Shown one piece after another: positions 8,715 through 19,400 of a stretch of DNA of 26,465 bases. The DNA comes from an uncultured Desulfovibrionaceae bacterium (GTDB lineage Bacteria; Desulfobacterota; Desulfovibrionia; Desulfovibrionales; Desulfovibrionaceae). Numbering within the stretch: the first letter of the stretch is position 1; every line of letters begins with the position of its first letter. Where the stretch lies: positions 1 through 26,465 of the forward strand of contig CAYJDN010000003.1 in assembly GCA_964368925.1 (NCBI GenBank), given 5' to 3'. Under the pieces are notes generated by a model that had not been told where the DNA came from, ran no database searches, and saw only the letters and a list, made by a program, of their open reading frames with translations. A program made the position numbers and the translations under genes.

Positions 8715-10157
8715 ATGGAATTTTTAGTTTGGATTTTATACATTGCGGTATTTTTCTTTCTTGCTCGCAAAGGACAAGGGAAGGACTTTATTTTAGGCGG
8801 ACAGATAGGCTTTTGGGTACAATCGCTGGCCTATGTTGCAACCTATATTTCTGCTGTAGCCCTTATTGGCTTTGGTGGCCTTGCTTATATGTATGGCTTA
8901 CAAATGATGTCAATTGCTCTTGGTAATGTTCTTTTTGGTACTTTATTTGTTTATTTTGTACTTACATGGCGAACAAAACAAGCGCAAATACGCCTTGAAG
9001 CTCGCACTCCTGCTCAGCTCATCTCTTTTGGGCACAATGCACCTTTTTTACGCAAGCTATTAGCTTTTATCTTTGCGCTCTTTCTTTCTGTATACGCCGC
9101 AGCTGTAATCAAGGGCGCTGCAATTATGATGCAAGAAGTCATTCCACTCAATTTCACTACGCTTGTGTGGCTACTAAGCCTCGTGATTGGTCTTGCTGTA
9201 CTTTGGGGCGGAATGAAAGGGGTTCTACTCACAGAAGCCATGCAAGGTGCTGTTATGTTTATAGGTATTTCCTGTCTTGCCTATAAAGTACTAAGTTTAG
9301 TTGGTGGTCCAATTGAGGGGATAAATGCACTTGCTCAATTAGAGCCAACTCCACAAGCGAATAATGGATTTACTTCATTTTCAACTGGTCAAAGTGGTTC
9401 ATTTATATGGTCTTTAATTCTAGTGACTTCGATAGCAGTTTGGGCTCAACCTCAAATGATTCAAAGACATTTTGCCATTGAAAGCAAGAAAGAATGTATA
9501 AAAGCGGCCATATTAGCCAGCGTCGTACTCTTACTCATTGTTGGCGGTATGTATTTTGTTGCTTCACTTTCACGCCTCATCTTACCTGAAATTCAGAACA
9601 GCGACGCTGTGATTCCGCAACTTGTAAATATGCTTCTTCCTGGCATTGGCAAGCAAGTATTCACTCTAGCCATCATATCTGCCTCGATTTCGACAAGTAC
9701 AGCGCTCTTTCATATCGCTAGTTCTTCTTTGACTGAAGACATATTTGTTTCAAAAACGACAAAACAAACGTGGCTTTTGGCTATTGTTGCTTGCATACTT
9801 ATCAGCGGCTTTACAGCACAAATGGAGGGGAAAATCATCTCATTAATCCACACTACAAGTTGGAGCGTCATCGCTTCTACTGCCCTTGTGCCATACTTGA
9901 GTCTTGTGCTTTTTAGACAGAGTAATAGACAAGCAGCAACGCTAAGCGCTGTCGTTGGAGCTATGACTTCATTTTGCTTCTACCTGTTCATAAGCCCACA
10001 AACAAGCATTGTCGACCTCGCCTTTATTTCTAACACAATAAAGACACTCCCACCATTCCTTATTGGCTTCTTATGTTCAACATCAGCCTACCTTTTTGTA
10101 ATATTCTTACAAAAAATGCGCTCAAATAAGCTTTTACAAGAAGCACATACAAATTAA
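8715..10157 (+). CDS. Sodium:solute symporter (SSS, PutP/PanF-like)
   Basis: Many transmembrane segments; ATYISAVALIGFGGLAY, WGGMKGVLLTEAMQG, QPQMIQRHFA, SASISTS. Start moved to ATG 8715 (AGGAG RBS); the ORF-track start at 8619 lies inside the attenuator. Confidence 0.88.
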   Translation: MEFLVWILYIAVFFFLARKGQGKDFILGGQIGFWVQSLAYVATYISAVALIGFGGLAYMYGLQMMSIALGNVLFGTLFVYFVLTWRTKQAQIRLEARTPAQLISFGHNAPFLRKLLAFIFALFLSVYAAAVIKGAAIMMQEVIPLNFTTLVWLLSLVIGLAVLWGGMKGVLLTEAMQGAVMFIGISCLAYKVLSLVGGPIEGINALAQLEPTPQANNGFTSFSTGQSGSFIWSLILVTSIAVWAQPQMIQRHFAIESKKECIKAAILASVVLLLIVGGMYFVASLSRLILPEIQNSDAVIPQLVNMLLPGIGKQVFTLAIISASISTSTALFHIASSSLTEDIFVSKTTKQTWLLAIVACILISGFTAQMEGKIISLIHTTSWSVIASTALVPYLSLVLFRQSNRQAATLSAVVGAMTSFCFYLFISPQTSIVDLAFISNTIKTLPPFLIGFLCSTSAYLFVIFLQKMRSNKLLQEAHTN

Positions 10158-10197
10158 AAAAAAGGGCTAAATTCAATGATTTAGCCCCTTTTTTTTT
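10156..10197 (+). terminator. Intrinsic terminator
   Basis: GGGCTAAAT-tcaatg-ATTTAGCCC followed by C and a T9 run directly after the symporter stop. Confidence 0.88.
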
Positions 10198-10320
10198 GAC
10201 TTTTCTAAAAATAACAGTGATTATGGAGCGAATTATTAATTTCGCACTCAAAGGCTTTACTATTTCTATAAAACATGCTATTCATGCGAAAGATTTTAAC
10301 AATTCGTGTTAGGGAAAAAT

Positions 10321-13300
10321 ATGCGACAAGAAGAATTAGCAAAGCTAGCCTTAGACAATCAAGAGTTTATGTGTTATATCGTAGACTTAGAAAACCTTGA
10401 ATTATTATATGTCAATGAGGCCACAAAAAAAACTTTGTCGAGCAGACCGCATAAATCTTTTGAGGGCGTCACCTGTTACGAATACCTTCACGGCTTAAAA
10501 AGCCCTTGTAAAAATTGCAATAATTACCTGCTCGAGCCAAATAAAAAATTAAGAAAAGAAGTGCAAAATGCCTATAATAAAAAATATTATGCGCATTTAG
10601 ACACTTTAATTGAAATAGATAATAAATTAGCGAAGTTAGCTTTTGTTTTTGACCCTGCTTTGGGCAAAGAAGAATTTGAAAACATAGCAAATAAATTGAC
10701 CCTTGAACAAACACTTGTAAAGTGCATAGAAACCCTACTAGACGATTCTGACATCGATCAAGGAATTAATAAACTCCTTGAAATCGTTGGACAATTTTAT
10801 GATGCTGATCGTTCTTATCTCTTTGAAATTGACAATACTCAAAGAACTGCCCTCAACTCTTATGAATGGGCTAGGGATAGTGCTTACTCTTCAATAGAGA
10901 TCAACCCCTTACTCAAACTTGATCAATTAAAACCTCTTTTAGAAATCTTTCAAGAACAAGGTGAAATTGCTCTTTATGACATTGAACGTGAAGTTGATAA
11001 AAACAGCGAATTATATCAACTGTTAAAATATTCACGATGCCACTCAATCTTAGTTGTCCCTCTTTCTATCAATGGGCGCATAAAGTTTTTCATGGGTGTT
11101 GATAATCCACGTAGAATGCAGGAAAATCTAAGCCTTTTACACTCAATTATTATCTTCGTTGCTGACGACATAAAAAAACGTAAAATTCATAAACAATTAG
11201 AGCATCTTTCCTATACTGACATACTTACAGGGCTTTACAATAGAAATAAATATATTCACTATTTAGAAGATTTAGACTTGAACGCTCTCAATTCATTAGG
11301 CTTCATTAATATTAATGTGAACGGACTTAAGCAGATTAATGAATTGTATGGCGAGCAACACGGCGACAAAATTTTAAAAGAAGTAGCAAAAGTTTTCAAA
11401 AGTCATATTGAGCAAACGAAAGGCGACATTTTCCGTCTTTCAGGCGATGAATTTGTGGCATTTTGCCCTAATGTATCCTCAAAAGATTTTGAAGAGCTTG
11501 TTTCTCGTTTAAGAATTGAAGAAAATAATAAAGAAGAATTTTCCTTTGCTGTTGGCGGCGTGTGGCAAGACAAAAGACTCAATATAACTCAGGGACTTAG
11601 CCAAGCAAACGACATCATGTTTGCTGAAAAACAAAGCTATTACAGAAATCAGACAAATGACAGCATTCAAACACGCTCAAACCCTGTAAATATCTTACTA
11701 AAAGAAATTAAAGACGGCTATTTTAGCGTTTATCTGCAACCAAAAGTTCTACTTGAAACAGGCGAAATTATCGGTGCTGAAGCACTTATCCGCAAGCACA
11801 ACAATCAAGGCAAGCTCATTTCACCAGATTTCTTTGTGCCAATTTATGAAAATGAAGGCACTATTAGACATATTGACTTCTTTGTTTTGGAAGAAACTTG
11901 TAAATTATTACAAAAACTTATCAAAGAAAACAAAGCAATTCCTATAGCAGTGAACTTTTCACGTGTCACATTTATTTCTTATGATTTAATTGATGAAATA
12001 GTGAACACTTGCGCAAAATATGAAATCCCGCATTCTCTCATAAAAATAGAACTTACTGAAAGTATTGATAAAATGGACTTTAATTTTTTCAACAAGAAAT
12101 TAAAAGCCATACGAGAAGCTGGATTCGACATTGCTTTAGACGATTTTGGCGCTAAACATTCAAATTTACTTATGCTTACCATGAGCGAGTTCACAGAAGT
12201 GAAAATCGATAAAGGTCTTATTGATAATATTGTTCTAAGTGCGCAAAATCATACAGTTGTGCATAATATCCTTAGAGCTATTGATGAATTAGGCACTTCT
12301 TCATGCGTAGCTGAAGGCATTGAAAATATTGAACAAAAAACAATATTGCAAAATCTCGGTTGTACGCATGGTCAGGGTTACTATTTTTATCGTCCTATGC
12401 CTATTGTAGATTTTCTTGAAATTTACCAAGGCAAGAGCAAGCAAGATATTGTTGACACAAATGCCAATTTGAATGTAGGCGTGCATTTCAATTTCACTCC
12501 GCAGAAAATGTTTGAAATTATTGATAAAATGCCACTTGGCATTCATATTCTTTCAAGCGATCATTCTTATGTAGTGAGTAACAATTATATAGTTGAATTA
12601 TTTGATTTAAAAAGCAGAAAAATGTCTTTAGAAGAATTTCATCTATTATCGCCAGAATTTCAACCAGATGGTTCTAGCAGTCAAGCGATTCTTCAGCAAA
12701 ACATTGAAAAAGCTCGTAAAGATGGAAAATGCACATTCCATTGGCTACATCATAAAGCCAATAGTTCTGAAAAAATTCCTTGTGAACTTACATTTGTATA
12801 CTTGCAAAAGGCTTCTCTATTTGTCGCTTTTGTCAAGGATTTACGCCAGCAATTATACGATTATAGCACAAATGAATGGGCTACAAATTATTTATCGAAT
12901 GATATTCCTATTCAAACTTTGTTTAACGCCATCACGGACTTTACAAGCGAGTGGGTATGGGCCTACAGCTATCAAACTAAGGAAATGCAATTTTATGGTT
13001 TAGGCAGCGATGTTTTTAACCTCAAAAATACAAAAGCTCATTTTCCTGAAGTTATTAGAAATTCGGGCATACTTTGCGAAGATGATTTAGCTGAATTTGA
13101 CGCCATTGCTGAAGCAATAGAGCTTGGCATTGTGCGCTCTGCGGACTTGCGCTTTATTCTACCCGATGGATGCATGAACTATTACAGAGTAAGCTATAAT
13201 ATTGTTAGTGATACTAATGGTAAACCGCTTTTTGCCGCAGGTAAAACAGAAAATATTGAAGAATTTAAAACAGCTGAATTGTTAGCACAAAAAGATCAGC

Positions 13301-14331
13301 TAACCTCTTGTTATAATAAAGTAACAGCTGAAAAAATTATCCAAAATATTATAAACGCAAACAAGCAAACACAGCATGCTTTATTTATTTTTGATATTGA
13401 TAATTTCAAGACGATCAACGATAATTTGGGTCATCAATTTGGTGATGTTGTTCTTCGTAATGTTTCCGAAGAACTACAATCACATTTTAGAGATGTCGAC
13501 ATTATTGGCCGAATTGGTGGTGATGAATTTATTCTTTTTATGAAGGATACTAAAAGTATAAGTATCATTAATGAAAAAGCGCAGATGATTAGAAAAGCGC
13601 TGAATAAAAAGTTTAGCCATAATGGCATCAATAAGACAATTTCTGGAAGTATTGGCATAGCGATTTATCCGCAAGATGGCTATAGTTATGATGAATTGTA
13701 TAATTCTGCCGACAAGGCATTGTATCAATCAAAGGCGCGTGGAAAAAATTGTTTCACTTTCTTTTCTAGCGAACTTGCTCATGGCACAATGCAAAATAAG
13801 ACTATCTTAGAGAATGCGAATAGGCTTGCGCAATCCTATCTTGACGCTGAGCTGATCAATAATATTTATAATATTATCTATCTCGCAAAGGATAGTAATA
13901 GCTGCATTGATACCGTATTACAATTTTTAGCGCATCATTTGAATGTTGACCGTGCCTACACTATTTCTTCGCAAAATAATGCCCATAGCTTTAGCATCAC
14001 TCATGAATGGTGCAATCCTGCCCTAAGTTCGAAAATGGGACATTTACAGAATATTCCAAAAGAAAGTCTTGGTGCTTTCTTTAATTCTCCTGCAAATGAA
14101 GATGTTGTCTATAGCAATGTCATTTCAGCAGAAGCGTGCAAAGAATTGTTTATTTTTGCTGAAAATCAAAACATTCAATCATTTATCTTTGTGCAAGCGC
14201 AAGGCCTTGATGGCCCTGATTTAGTGCTTGCTCTTGATGACTGTAAATCACAAAGAGTATGGACTGAACGTGAAATTAACACTTTAAGAAATATAATAAA
14301 ACTACTCTCTATTTATTCATCTAAAACATAA
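10321..14331 (+). CDS. Cytoplasmic c-di-GMP enzyme: PAS-like, GAF, GGDEF, EAL, PAS, PAS-like, GGDEF, GAF-like
   Basis: DILTGLYNR...RLSGDEF; QPKV...AEALIR...ELTES...LDDFGA...EGIE...QGYYF; second DQLTSCYN...FRDVDIIGRIGGDEF; GAF-like DRSY/DRAY-HEW segments. ATG 10321 preferred over GTG 10306 (AGGG RBS). Confidence 0.9.
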   Translation: MRQEELAKLALDNQEFMCYIVDLENLELLYVNEATKKTLSSRPHKSFEGVTCYEYLHGLKSPCKNCNNYLLEPNKKLRKEVQNAYNKKYYAHLDTLIEIDNKLAKLAFVFDPALGKEEFENIANKLTLEQTLVKCIETLLDDSDIDQGINKLLEIVGQFYDADRSYLFEIDNTQRTALNSYEWARDSAYSSIEINPLLKLDQLKPLLEIFQEQGEIALYDIEREVDKNSELYQLLKYSRCHSILVVPLSINGRIKFFMGVDNPRRMQENLSLLHSIIIFVADDIKKRKIHKQLEHLSYTDILTGLYNRNKYIHYLEDLDLNALNSLGFININVNGLKQINELYGEQHGDKILKEVAKVFKSHIEQTKGDIFRLSGDEFVAFCPNVSSKDFEELVSRLRIEENNKEEFSFAVGGVWQDKRLNITQGLSQANDIMFAEKQSYYRNQTNDSIQTRSNPVNILLKEIKDGYFSVYLQPKVLLETGEIIGAEALIRKHNNQGKLISPDFFVPIYENEGTIRHIDFFVLEETCKLLQKLIKENKAIPIAVNFSRVTFISYDLIDEIVNTCAKYEIPHSLIKIELTESIDKMDFNFFNKKLKAIREAGFDIALDDFGAKHSNLLMLTMSEFTEVKIDKGLIDNIVLSAQNHTVVHNILRAIDELGTSSCVAEGIENIEQKTILQNLGCTHGQGYYFYRPMPIVDFLEIYQGKSKQDIVDTNANLNVGVHFNFTPQKMFEIIDKMPLGIHILSSDHSYVVSNNYIVELFDLKSRKMSLEEFHLLSPEFQPDGSSSQAILQQNIEKARKDGKCTFHWLHHKANSSEKIPCELTFVYLQKASLFVAFVKDLRQQLYDYSTNEWATNYLSNDIPIQTLFNAITDFTSEWVWAYSYQTKEMQFYGLGSDVFNLKNTKAHFPEVIRNSGILCEDDLAEFDAIAEAIELGIVRSADLRFILPDGCMNYYRVSYNIVSDTNGKPLFAAGKTENIEEFKTAELLAQKDQLTSCYNKVTAEKIIQNIINANKQTQHALFIFDIDNFKTINDNLGHQFGDVVLRNVSEELQSHFRDVDIIGRIGGDEFILFMKDTKSISIINEKAQMIRKALNKKFSHNGINKTISGSIGIAIYPQDGYSYDELYNSADKALYQSKARGKNCFTFFSSELAHGTMQNKTILENANRLAQSYLDAELINNIYNIIYLAKDSNSCIDTVLQFLAHHLNVDRAYTISSQNNAHSFSITHEWCNPALSSKMGHLQNIPKESLGAFFNSPANEDVVYSNVISAEACKELFIFAENQNIQSFIFVQAQGLDGPDLVLALDDCKSQRVWTEREINTLRNIIKLLSIYSSKT

Positions 14332-14420
14332 ATATTGCTATTACAAATAGTTATACATTTTCCAAGCTCCATTCTTCTCTTGTTTTATATAAAACCAACA
14401 TTAAACTAAATTAGGATAAT

Positions 14421-14459
14421 AAAAAGAACACATTCTCTATTAAGATTGTGTTCTTTTTT
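14421..14459 (+). terminator. Probable intrinsic terminator
   Basis: AAAAAGAACACA...TGTGTTCTTTTT inverted repeat about 90 nt after the stop. Confidence 0.7.
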
Positions 14460-14571
14460 AGTGTCAAATGTGTTACAAGGACACATTTTTTTCTTTACTA
14501 ACAAAGCTAACTATTTGAAAATATTTATTTATAAAAAAACGCAAGAAGCAATTCTAATCAAAATACCCCTA

Positions 14572-14600
14572 TTGACAGTTTTTTTCACTCTTGATATTCT
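14572..14600 (+). promoter_or_regulatory. Sigma-70 promoter of the PAP2 / glycosyltransferase pair
   Basis: TTGACA-N17-TATTCT with an extended -10 TGn. Confidence 0.6.
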
Positions 14601-14716
14601 ATATCATATTTTGTAACTAGTTGAAATAAATATAAAAGCAAACAAACTTAGAAACATTTTCACCCTAAATTCAAATTATATGTTCAATTTTGCATATTTA
14701 CAATGGAGGAGGAAAT

Positions 14717-15262
14717 ATGGTATTGATGATATACGAATCGCTATCACGTTTTCAAAGATTAGAATTTTCTTTTCTTTGGTATGTTCAAAGCTCGCTAAGG
14801 ACAAAAAGTCTTGACATATTCATGGCTTCTTTATCTAAGCTTGGCAACATTGGTCTTATTTGGTTTTTGCTTTCTTTTATCTTGTATTTAGACAATGCAA
14901 CCAAGGCAATAGCTTTTGCAATAGTGCTTGGTTTAGTTGTTCACGTCTTTGTTTGCAATCTTCTCTTGAAAAACATTTTTGCTCGCTCTAGGCCTGATTT
15001 ATCAGCAAGCAGAAAGAATTTTAGAATTGAGCATAAAGACTATTCTTTCCCCTCTGGGCATACGTGCTCGGCTTTCATTGTAGCAGCAATTCTTTATTAT
15101 TTTTCAAGCCCTTATGTTATTGCTGTTTTGCCTCTTGCCACTCTTATGGGTTTTTCACGCATCTACCTAGGTGCTCATTACCCCTCAGATGTTGTTGTAG
15201 GCGCTATTATTGGTTGGATTATTGGTTATTTTGTTTATTATGGAGGTTTTTATACTATATGA
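14717..15262 (+). CDS. PAP2 family membrane lipid phosphatase
   Basis: KNIFARSRP, SFPSGH and SRIYLGAHYPSD catalytic motifs; ATG 14717 after GGAGGAGG. Confidence 0.9.
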   Translation: MVLMIYESLSRFQRLEFSFLWYVQSSLRTKSLDIFMASLSKLGNIGLIWFLLSFILYLDNATKAIAFAIVLGLVVHVFVCNLLLKNIFARSRPDLSASRKNFRIEHKDYSFPSGHTCSAFIVAAILYYFSSPYVIAVLPLATLMGFSRIYLGAHYPSDVVVGAIIGWIIGYFVYYGGFYTI

Positions 15263-16398
15263 AAATTTTGCTTCTTTCCGAATTATATTTGCCCATAATT
15301 AATGGTGTTGTCACTTCAACTTCGCACCTTAGCGAAGCACTTATAGCACAAGGGCATGAAGTTCGTATTCTTTCCCTAGCAAAAAAGAAAAATATTCAAA
15401 ATAATATCTATTATAACAAGGCAATAAGCCTAAATGCTCTTTATCCTGATGCCTATGCTTCACTTTTCCTCAACAAAGAAATATATCAAGAAATTGTCAC
15501 TTGGAAACCTGATGTTTTACATACGCAAAGCGAATATTCTATTATGCGTTTTGCAAAACAAATTTCAAAAAAACTCAATATTCCAATAGTTCACACCTAT
15601 CACACTTCCTATGAAGACTACACGCATTATATAGGCATTCCAAAATATTTTGCACCTAAATTTGTCGCCTTTGTTTTGCGTAAACTTTTTGCTCCAATAA
15701 GTGCGATAATTGCCCCAACAAGTAAGATTGAAAACATGTTAAAAGCTTATAAAATTCAAAAACCTATAAGCATTATTCCAACAGGTATTGATCTTGATTT
15801 TGCTCATCTTTTAGAAGATGAAAAAGTAGCCTTAAAAAATGAATTAGACATATCCGCCGACAAGAAAATATTCATAAGTCTTGGCAGGTTAGCTAAAGAA
15901 AAAAATATTGAGCACTTGCTTGAATATATAGCAAAAGCGAATAATCCTGATTGGATATTAATAATTTGCGGTGGCGGGCCTTATAAATCAACGCTAGAGA
16001 AGAAAGTCAACGAATTGAAAATAGCTGATAAAGTTAGATTTACTGGCGTGATACAAAGAAGTGAATTGTATAAATATTATCAAGTTGCAGATATTTTTGT
16101 TTCTGCCTCCACAAGCGAAACCCAAGGCCTCACCTATATTGAAGCTTTAGCAAATGGCACTCCTCTACTCTGCAAGTATGATTCTTGTCTAAATGAAGTT
16201 TTATTGCCTACAAAAAATGGCTATTTCTTTAATTCTTTTGAGGAATTTGAAATGAATGCAAGCATACTTTTCAATGAAATTTCTCCAAAAATCAAGGAAT
16301 GTTCAAAACGTTCTGTTGATAAATATTCAACAAAGAATTTTGCCCTAAATGTATTGAAAATTTACGAACAAGCTATGAGAGATTTTTATTCAATTTAG
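15259..16398 (+). CDS. GT4 glycosyltransferase, 1,2-diacylglycerol glucosyltransferase-like
   Basis: MKILLLSELYLPIINGVVTS, VHTYHTSYEDYTHY, IIPTGID, LGRLAKEKNI, SETQGLTYIEALA. True start ATG 15259 overlaps the PAP2 stop (ATGA). Confidence 0.88.
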   Translation: MKILLLSELYLPIINGVVTSTSHLSEALIAQGHEVRILSLAKKKNIQNNIYYNKAISLNALYPDAYASLFLNKEIYQEIVTWKPDVLHTQSEYSIMRFAKQISKKLNIPIVHTYHTSYEDYTHYIGIPKYFAPKFVAFVLRKLFAPISAIIAPTSKIENMLKAYKIQKPISIIPTGIDLDFAHLLEDEKVALKNELDISADKKIFISLGRLAKEKNIEHLLEYIAKANNPDWILIICGGGPYKSTLEKKVNELKIADKVRFTGVIQRSELYKYYQVADIFVSASTSETQGLTYIEALANGTPLLCKYDSCLNEVLLPTKNGYFFNSFEEFEMNASILFNEISPKIKECSKRSVDKYSTKNFALNVLKIYEQAMRDFYSI

Positions 16399-16429
16399 AG
16401 CATTTTCAAACACATTGAAATATGCTCTA
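16396..16429. repeat. Short TAGAGCA...TGCTCTA palindromic element; may act as a terminator between convergent genes
   Basis: TAGAGCATTTTCAA-acaca-TTGAAATATGCTCTA; its first TAG is the glycosyltransferase stop codon. Confidence 0.65.
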
Positions 16430-16453
16430 AACACATAGAATATATTAAATTCT

Positions 16454-19400
16454 TTATAATTGGCAAAATTCAGGATTTGCAAAAAGGTATTTATTCTTCC
16501 CTCTACGCTTTGCATCATAGAGTGTATTATCCGCTTCAATCATGAGCTCTTCGTATGTTTTCTCATTTTCTGTTATCATAACAATACCAGCACTTACGCT
16601 CACTCGATCAAGGTCTACACCACCAAGAGCAATTTTGTGAATATTAGCAAAGATTTTGTCAAATGTTTCGCTTACTTCACTCATATCTTCAATATCATTC
16701 AAAAGGAGCAAAAATTCATCGCCGCCTAATCTACCTAAGATATTACCAGGCTTCATCGACAATTTTACCGCAGATACAAAAGACTGCAAGTATATATCAC
16801 CTGTATGATGCCCATAAGTATCATTAATATATTTGAAATTATCAATATCTAAAATAGCAAGAGCATGGACAACGCCTTTTTGCTTTTGCCCCGCTATAAC
16901 ATTGCTGATTTTTTCAATAGCGGTAGATCTACTATATGTACCAGTTAGTGAATCTTTTTCAATACTTAGCTGCAAGCTATTACTCAAAGCCCTACTTGCT
17001 TCTAAAGTTTCAAGAATCACCTTTCTATGATTACTAAAAATTCGAGTAGTAAAGAAGAAGTAAATCGCATAAACCAATGTAATAAATAGAATAAATGCTA
17101 ATGTACCACGTCCATTATTTTTAAGCATTTGTGTGTTTACAGTATTTAGAACAATACTCACCACACACCAATCTGTGTTTGGAATACGAACCATAACAGC
17201 TGAACGCTCTTCCCCATTTAGATAATAGTTGAGAAGCACAGTTTTTCCATCTTCCATGTCTTTCTTTATCGAAGCTGGAGTGTGCCCATTGAAAATATCT
17301 AAAGAGCCAATAAATGCGTATATATCACCGCTGGTAGAAGCGTTTGAAGCGCTCCCACTCAAGTAAATTGGAGTGCCATCAACTTGGCTAATATGATAAA
17401 ATGCCTCACCACCAAAACTCTTAAGCGCAAGCAGTGTTGAGAGATCCTTTACTTTATATGTGCCGTATATTTCGCCAACTTTCTCGCCTTTTAAGAATAG
17501 ATTTGAAGCAAATACAAGTATTTTAACGCCTTCACTATTTGTATAAATTGGAAGCTTCAAAACATCTTTGCCAACAACTTGCCCATAAAGCGTATCAATA
17601 GGAATATCAAGTATATTACCTATGCTATCAACAGCAGGTTTGCCGTTATAAGAAACATAAGTAGCGTCAAATTTTGTTGCATTATTCAAATCGAAAAGTT
17701 CTTGACTAAAAGAACTTACATCTCCTGCCGTTTCTGCATATTCAGACATGGCTACGGTCATAATTTGTAATGATATTTCAGACTCTTCTGTGAAAAGTGC
17801 TATTTTATCAGAAAGACCTGTTGCAATTTCAACAAGGAAGCTGTCATTTATTTTTTTAAATTCATTTTGCGTAAAATCTACATAAAAAAGCACTGAAATT
17901 ACAGTAAACAATGCCACACAAAAAGCACCTAATATCAGAATAAAATTGTCTTTTTTTGCATTGGTTTGGCTAAAGCTTTCTTTTTCTTGTTCGTCAGTAG
18001 CTTCAACATTTTTTGCAACTTTGAGCATATTTTCTTCTGAAACAACTTTCAGTTCTGAAAATGGCATAGGTTTTGAGAAGAAATAGCCTTGTGAATAGTG
18101 GACACCACTTTGGATTAATAATTTCTGTGTTGCCGCTGTTTCTACAAATTCAGCAATAAGCTTTACACTCATTTTTTCGCCCATAAAGGCAATACTATTG
18201 AGGATATGGCCATAATTGAAATCAGTGCCGAGCAATTTAGTTAAAGAACCATTAATTTTCAGAAAATCAACTTCTAAATTACCAAATTCAATAAAATTAG
18301 AATAGCCTGCACCAAAATCATCAACAGCAATTCTACAGCCATATTGCTTGAGCTGATAGATGAAATTACGTAAACTTTCTAAATCTTCAAAGGCTTCTGT
18401 TTCTAAAAGCTCAAAGACAAAATTTTGAGGATTTGGTATTTTTGACAATTCCTCAAAAACCTTCTCCCTAAATGTATCAGATAAAATATCATAAGCAGAA
18501 ATATTTATTGTGATAATTTCTTTTCTATCTTTGAATAATTCTAATACTTTAGTAACCATACAAAGACTAAGTGGCAAATACAAATCATATTTCTTAGCAA
18601 TATCCATGAAATCATTAGGGAAAAGCGTTCTTCCATCTGGGTGCTGAAGCCTCATTAATGCTTCATACATATGGAAATAGTTTTTCTTATTATCATAAAT
18701 ACCTTGAAAATAAGGAATTATAGCATTTGTTTTAATAATTTCTTTAAGCGCAGCCACCATTTGAAATTCAGCGTGCAAATTGAAGGCATCTTCATTTATC
18801 TTATCGCAGTGATTAAAGCGCCTTTGCTCATTTGATAAATCTTTCCTTTTGCTTGCGTCTAATAATTGTTGGATAGCAAGCCCATTTACTGTATATGTGA
18901 TGTCATTTATGAAAACAACTTTTCCATCAAGTAGCATTTCTTTGCCGCAATATGTAAAAAGCCCTCGCAATAGTGCAAGAAAAGTTGCTTCACTGATTTT
19001 TTCTTCAATAGTAAAGAAGAAATTTGAAGCATCGTATCTATAAAAATTAAAGTGGTATTGCGAATAGTGTTTTTCAAAATAAGTTAGAATATTTTTTCTG
19101 TTTGCACGAATAGCTAATTCTAGTGTTTCTTCGTCTAATTCTTCTTGATGTTTTTCAAAGTTTTCAATAGAAATCAAGCAGATTTGTTCTTTTGAATTTT
19201 CTACTTGCTTCTTTAAAAATTGCGGAATTGAGGCAAAATCTTCATCAACTTTATTGATAAAACGATTTTTAATTTGATTTTCACATTTAATAAAAGCAGA
19301 AAAGATACTTTCGTCAACATTCTTCCCTAATGCCGTAATACTATTAATTAAATCATCATTTGCTTCAAAAAGCGGCTGTATGTGATCAAAGGCAGAAAGG

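Noticed and set aside
15064..15258. Cys-rich N-terminal extension of the glycosyltransferase
   Set aside because: It is an alternative frame of the PAP2 gene. The GT4 fold starts at MKILL (15259).
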